From positions 13,029 through 77,028 of the forward strand of contig CACFLF010000001.1 in NCBI GenBank assembly GCA_902567115.1: DNA of 64,000 nucleotides, given 5' to 3'. The notes beneath the pieces were generated by a model, which worked only from the letters and a program-made list of their open reading frames with translations, was not told the DNA's origin and searched no databases. Below are positions 59,845 to 64,000 of the stretch, piece by piece. Numbering within the stretch: position 1 is the first letter of the stretch; each line of letters opens with the position of its first letter. This DNA is from an uncultured Alphaproteobacteria bacterium (GTDB lineage Bacteria; Pseudomonadota; Alphaproteobacteria; Methylaequorales; Methylaequoraceae). A program made the position numbers and the translations under genes.

Positions 59845-60477
59845 TCATAAAATTTTTTTTTTTTTTATTTCCTGCAAAACATCATATCTAAAATCTTTCT
59901 GAGCTTTGCTGACTGAAAAAATTAATACCGAAAGATTTTTTTTTATTATAGTTTTATTACTTATTCCTAATTCGAAACTTTTATATAAGAGAAAAATTAA
60001 GTCGATTCTAGAATCATAGGTTCGAGACAAAACCAATTTACTATTTTCATTCCATAGATTATTTACTAACTGATACCGCGTTAAGAAATCGCTCTCGAAT
60101 TTTTCAATACATGACCAGTGATTAATAGAATTTTTAATGAGATCATGAGAGTAAGATTTTAATCTTTCTTCTTCTTCGAATAATTTTTGGAGAATTAAAA
60201 AAAAACTAAAAGCAAAAGAATTTACTTCAATTCGTTCTAATTTTTCAAATTTTTTGGAAAAAATTTTTTTATAAATGTTGTTATGTAATAGCTTTATTTT
60301 TTTTTTGAAAGGTTGATTAAATAAAATCTCTATAGTCATCATTACCAAAAAGAAACTAAGCGAAAAAAGAATATCTTTTTTTGATTTTGAATCACTAAAA
60401 ATTAATTTAGGGTTATAGTCTCTTTTACTATATTTAATTTGCCATAATTTAGCTTCTTGAAAGTGCTTTTTAATCAT
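59845..60477 (-). CDS. Hypothetical protein (210 aa)
   Basis: ORF with one predicted TM segment (ILFSLSFFLVMMTIEILF); no recognised domain. Confidence 0.4.
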   Translation of the reverse strand: MIKKHFQEAKLWQIKYSKRDYNPKLIFSDSKSKKDILFSLSFFLVMMTIEILFNQPFKKKIKLLHNNIYKKIFSKKFEKLERIEVNSFAFSFFLILQKLFEEEERLKSYSHDLIKNSINHWSCIEKFESDFLTRYQLVNNLWNENSKLVLSRTYDSRIDLIFLLYKSFELGISNKTIIKKNLSVLIFSVSKAQKDFRYDVLQEIKKKKIL

Positions 60478-60532
60478 TTAAAAAAAGTATTGCGATATAA
60501 ATTATCAATTTTATCTTATAAATTATAAAGAT

Positions 60533-61432
60533 ATGAACTTCAAAAAAAAAAAAAATACTAAGAATAAAGTTTTCAATATTATAGGATTAATATTATTACC
60601 TATTATTGTAGTAATATTATTAGAATCGAGCTTGAATTTTGATAGTGATTCTGAAAACGACTATGAAAAATCGAGCCCTACATCTCAAATGCAAACTAAA
60701 AATGATTTGCTTGAAGAAAAAGATCCTTTTGAATTTAAAAAAAAAGAAGATTTAGTTTTTTTGAATAAAGATTTAGAAGTTCAAAATTCAAATGCGAAAG
60801 ATGCATTTAATAAGAAAACTAAAAATGATGGTATTATTGAAAAAAAACAAGTTAAAAAAGAAAAAAATAAATTACCATTAAATTTAAAAACAAATGAAAC
60901 TGGTTCATTCAAAGCCTTTGAAGACCCAATGATGACGGTGAACTTTTTACACGAAGGACTTAAACAAATTAGTTCAAACAATAATTCTGACCTAAGCAAT
61001 GTATTAAAAGTAATCAATCGAACATACGATACAGAAAAAATGCTTAAAATGATAATTGGATCAGATTGGAAAAATCAAGAAAACGAGAAAAAAAATGAGT
61101 TAATCATGGTCTTTGAAAACTATATTTCAAAAAATTATTTAAATAGATTCTCAAAAATTCAAAATGTAAGTTTTAGCAACGAAAAAAAAGAAAAAATTTC
61201 ATCAGACTTTTTTTTAGTTAGAAGTAATCTTATTATTAAACAAGAAAAAATAAGCATAGATTATTTATTGCATTTAAAAGAAGATACATGGAAAATATTT
61301 GATGTTTTACTAGATGGTTCTGTTAGTGAGATTGCAACCAAAAAATCAGAATTTCGTATATATATAAAAGAAAAAAAAATTGACGAATTAATTAAAGCAC
61401 TCAAAAAATTTAATAGTCAAACACCAAGCTGA
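60533..61432 (+). CDS. MlaC/Ttg2D-family (phospholipid-binding ABC auxiliary component) protein with an N-terminal membrane anchor and a ~120-aa low-complexity linker
   Basis: C-terminal ~170 aa matches the Tol_Tol_Ttg2 pattern (MIIGSDWKNQ...FENYISKNY...IDYLLHLKEDTWKIFDVLLDGSVSEI). N-terminal TM IIGLILLPIIVVILL followed by a K/E/N/D-rich spacer. Confidence 0.55.
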   Translation: MNFKKKKNTKNKVFNIIGLILLPIIVVILLESSLNFDSDSENDYEKSSPTSQMQTKNDLLEEKDPFEFKKKEDLVFLNKDLEVQNSNAKDAFNKKTKNDGIIEKKQVKKEKNKLPLNLKTNETGSFKAFEDPMMTVNFLHEGLKQISSNNNSDLSNVLKVINRTYDTEKMLKMIIGSDWKNQENEKKNELIMVFENYISKNYLNRFSKIQNVSFSNEKKEKISSDFFLVRSNLIIKQEKISIDYLLHLKEDTWKIFDVLLDGSVSEIATKKSEFRIYIKEKKIDELIKALKKFNSQTPS

Positions 61433-61470
61433 GTTTACATTTAAAATGATTAATATTAACCATACCAAAA

Positions 61471-61502
61471 AAGTTTCGAAGAAATAAAACTTATTTTCTT
61501 TT
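61471..61502 (+). terminator. Weak intrinsic terminator candidate after the MlaC-like gene (AAGTTT-10 nt loop-AAACTT then ATTTTCTTTTT)
   Basis: Read directly; the stem is AT-rich, so marginal. Confidence 0.25.
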
Positions 61503-61507
61503 TAGAT

Positions 61508-61906
61508 TTATTTATTATTCCAACATACTAAATCAGAATATTGAGAATTTAGATATTTAATTAAGAGATGTGACGGTGGATAAAATTCAAAACTAATTTC
61601 AAAGAAGTCTTTTTCTTTCAAGATTGTATTGGCTTTATAAAAATAATAAGAATTATCTATCGGACTTGAAACCTTTTTTATAACACCTTCAACAACAGTT
61701 GAGGATTCTCTTTTAATTTTATCAAAAGTTTTTATTTTTAAATTCTTTAATTTTCCAACTTGTAGATCAGGTATTCTAAATTCTAGTAGGGGTCCGATTT
61801 CGTCTGCACAGGTGAATTGCATAGAATCATAATTTTTGGCTTTTACATCAAGTAGATATGACGAAAAAAAAAAAATAGTTAAGAGAATGAATTTAGAATT
61901 TATCAT
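61508..61906 (-). CDS. Secreted hypothetical protein (start re-called to ATG 61906; 132 aa)
   Basis: From 61906 the product begins MINSKFILLTIFFFSSYLLDVKA (signal peptide). The track's longer N-terminus overlaps the upstream SDR gene by 56 nt. Confidence 0.4.
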   Translation of the reverse strand: MINSKFILLTIFFFSSYLLDVKAKNYDSMQFTCADEIGPLLEFRIPDLQVGKLKNLKIKTFDKIKRESSTVVEGVIKKVSSPIDNSYYFYKANTILKEKDFFEISFEFYPPSHLLIKYLNSQYSDLVCWNNK

Positions 61907-61943
61907 TAAATATTTTTTTATTAAATTTATAAAGTTAAAAATT

Positions 61944-62675
61944 TCACCATGGTAAAGAGTCTTCTTCATCAAATAGCCCTCCACTAGGTCCATCATCATT
62001 TAAGATCGCAAGATGTACAGATGTTTTGTGACTATCTTCTACTTCAATTGGAGCATTTGGTCCACCAAGTTCAGTTTTTACCCATCCAGGATGACCAGAA
62101 TTAACTTTAATATTGGTATCTTTCAGTTCGAGTGCTAGATGAATGGTAAAAGCATTTAAGGCTGTTTTTGAAGAATTGTATGCAAGTTCCTTGGCCGGAG
62201 AAATTGGAGAATCTTTTGCTGAATGTAAGGTTAAAGAACTTAAAATCGTAGAAACATTTACAATTCTCCCTGCATCGGATTTTTTAATTAATGGAAGTAA
62301 TTTTTGCGTAAGTGTCACAACTCCAAAAAAATTTGTTTGAAATGTATCTTTAAGATCTTTCTCACTAACAGTAGAACTATTAGTAACAAATAAGTTTCCT
62401 GTTAAGAGGACACCTGCATTATTTATTAATATATCAAGTTTTTGATAATTTTTCTGGATATGATCGAAAACTCTTTGTGGAGATTCAGAATCAAATGCGT
62501 CATATTGAACTAAGTCGGCATTTAGTCCTTGAGAAGATAATTTTTTTAAGGCTTCTTTTCCTTTATTTAAGTCTCTTGAGCCTAAAATAACTTTTATTCC
62601 TTTCTCTGCTAGCTTTTTTGCAGTTTCAAATCCTATTCCTCTGTTAGCACCTGATATAAAGGCAACTTTTTCCAT
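61944..62675 (-). CDS. Short-chain dehydrogenase/reductase (SDR)
   Basis: ISGANRGIGFETAKKL cofactor motif; NAG; YNSSK catalytic region; 243 aa. Confidence 0.85.
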   Translation of the reverse strand: MEKVAFISGANRGIGFETAKKLAEKGIKVILGSRDLNKGKEALKKLSSQGLNADLVQYDAFDSESPQRVFDHIQKNYQKLDILINNAGVLLTGNLFVTNSSTVSEKDLKDTFQTNFFGVVTLTQKLLPLIKKSDAGRIVNVSTILSSLTLHSAKDSPISPAKELAYNSSKTALNAFTIHLALELKDTNIKVNSGHPGWVKTELGGPNAPIEVEDSHKTSVHLAILNDDGPSGGLFDEEDSLPW

Positions 62676-62732
62676 AATTCACTCCTTTATTTTTTTAATT
62701 GTTAATTTTATCATTAATAATAAATATAATAA

Positions 62733-63560
62733 TCAAGAATTCAAAATAACAAAAACTTCTTTTGAATTTTCTAAGAATGAGAAGTGCTTACAATTATCAA
62801 TTACATGGTATTTATCAAGCTTTAATAGCTTTTGAGTTTGAAGTCTTTCAGATTCATTTGCCCAATCATTTATTCCGTATACAAGTTTGACTGGTACTTT
62901 GGTTCTTTTATAAATTTCTTTAATTTCGTTATTTTTTTTAAATTTTTGCAGAACATTACGAAAATGATAAACGTAACCTTTTTTTTTTAAAGAAGTACAC
63001 AGTAAATTTAAATAGTCATCTGAGAGATTTTCCCGATTAACGAAACCACCTCCCATTACATTTCTAAGTATAAACTTATTTTCAAGACTTGAAAATATTT
63101 CTCCCAGAACTGGTAAACTTATGTTAAATAAAATAAAGTTTGCAAAAAAATTTCCTCTTCGAATTCCTTCTCCAAAATATGAGTCATAATCATATGGGTT
63201 AAACATAAAAATTTTTTTTACTTGTTTTGGAAGTCTTAAAGCAACGCTTGCAGATAAAACTGCACCAATAGATTCTCCAGCAATTCTAAGATTATTGATT
63301 TTAAAATTTTTTATAAATTCAATGATAGAATTTGTAAAAAAATTAAGGTCATAAGTTGTTTTAGAGTTTATTGGTGAGTCACCAAAACCAGGAAGATCAA
63401 TTGAGTATACGGTATTCTTCCTTTTAAGCAATTCTCCAAGTTTATCAGAATATTCCAACCTATTCCTGAAGGTATGAAGAAGAAGGATTGGCTTACCCTT
63501 ACCAATCTTTTTATATCTAATATAAGTACCGTCGATTAATTTAAATTTTTTAATTTCCAA
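62733..63560 (-). CDS. Alpha/beta-hydrolase fold protein
   Basis: GESIG nucleophile elbow (G-x-S-x-G), HTFRNRL-type N-terminal region; 275 aa. Confidence 0.7.
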   Translation of the reverse strand: MEIKKFKLIDGTYIRYKKIGKGKPILLLHTFRNRLEYSDKLGELLKRKNTVYSIDLPGFGDSPINSKTTYDLNFFTNSIIEFIKNFKINNLRIAGESIGAVLSASVALRLPKQVKKIFMFNPYDYDSYFGEGIRRGNFFANFILFNISLPVLGEIFSSLENKFILRNVMGGGFVNRENLSDDYLNLLCTSLKKKGYVYHFRNVLQKFKKNNEIKEIYKRTKVPVKLVYGINDWANESERLQTQKLLKLDKYHVIDNCKHFSFLENSKEVFVILNS

Positions 63561-63655
63561 TGCAACACCTTAATAGAGTATATAAAAGTTATTAGACTTT
63601 AACAAATTTTGTTTTTTATAAATTTTCATGTGTTGTTTAACAATAATAAAAAAAA

Positions 63656-64000
63656 TTAATTTATGAGAAGATTAATTAATTGTTTCTCTAAGTTTTTACT
63701 TATTACTTTGACTCCTTTAGGGTTCGGATGTTTCCCATCTTCTAAATTAAGATTTGGATTAAGTGCTACTCCTTCTAATAAAAAGGGAAGAAAAGCAACT
63801 TTATGTTTACTTGCAAGTTCAGGATAAATTTCATCAAAATTATTTTTATATTTATTTCCATAAGTTTCTTGAGAAAGCATACCTGCTAGGAGTATCTTAA
63901 TATTTTTTTCCCGCAAAATTTCTAGAATATTATCTAAATTTTGTTTTATTAAATCTGTATTTATTCCTCTTAACATATCATTAGCTCCTAAACACAAAAT
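63656..64000 (-). CDS. Partial SGNH/GDSL-family hydrolase (TesA/arylesterase-like); N-terminus lies beyond the window end
   Basis: GANDMLRG (block III G-x-N-D) and a C-terminal DGKHPNPKG region resembling the DxxH catalytic block; the GDS(L) block expected upstream is outside the window. Confidence 0.6.
   Translation of the reverse strand: MLCLGANDMLRGINTDLIKQNLDNILEILREKNIKILLAGMLSQETYGNKYKNNFDEIYPELASKHKVAFLPFLLEGVALNPNLNLEDGKHPNPKGVKVISKNLEKQLINLLIN

Noticed and set aside
1-64000. Searched for CRISPR arrays, IS/transposase or integrase genes, prophage modules and rRNA genes
   Set aside because: I found no regularly spaced direct repeats, no transposase- or integrase-like ORFs, no phage structural gene signatures and no rRNA-like conserved stretches. 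The only RNA gene I can support is tRNA-Arg.

Overview
This is a very AT-rich (~29% GC), gene-dense bacterial chromosome segment with many 1-50 nt overlaps between genes. Gene order and content are alphaproteobacterial: tsaD divergent from hemC-hemD-hemX-hemY, fdxA-carD, a complete ccmABCDEFGHI cluster, a Suv3-type helicase and an IalB-family protein. The style fits a streamlined marine SAR11/Pelagibacterales-like genome; that placement is inference from composition and synteny only. Most of the window is core metabolism: acs, gpsA, tsaD, heme genes, argG, folD, pabBC, ccm, acnA and gltBD. Features the ORF track missed are a tRNA-Arg(CCT), a DUF1674 mini-protein, ccmD, a CDGSH-like mini-protein and a partial WecA-like gene at the window start. 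I found no CRISPR array, IS element, integrase or prophage. The least-described content falls into five groups. (1) A divergent lipid A/envelope-glycolipid remodelling module (GT2 + LAB_N versus ArnT-like + PAP2 + a small secreted Cys protein), plus two tandem PagL-like deacylases elsewhere in the window. (2) An orphan 452-aa protein paired with a stand-alone cNMP-binding protein. (3) A run of envelope-associated hypothetical genes after gltD, including the CDGSH-like gene and a membrane-anchored MlaC-like protein. (4) A duplicated hemC 5' segment in the tsaD-hemC intergenic region. (5) An orphan hairpin terminator that marks a possible small transcript.
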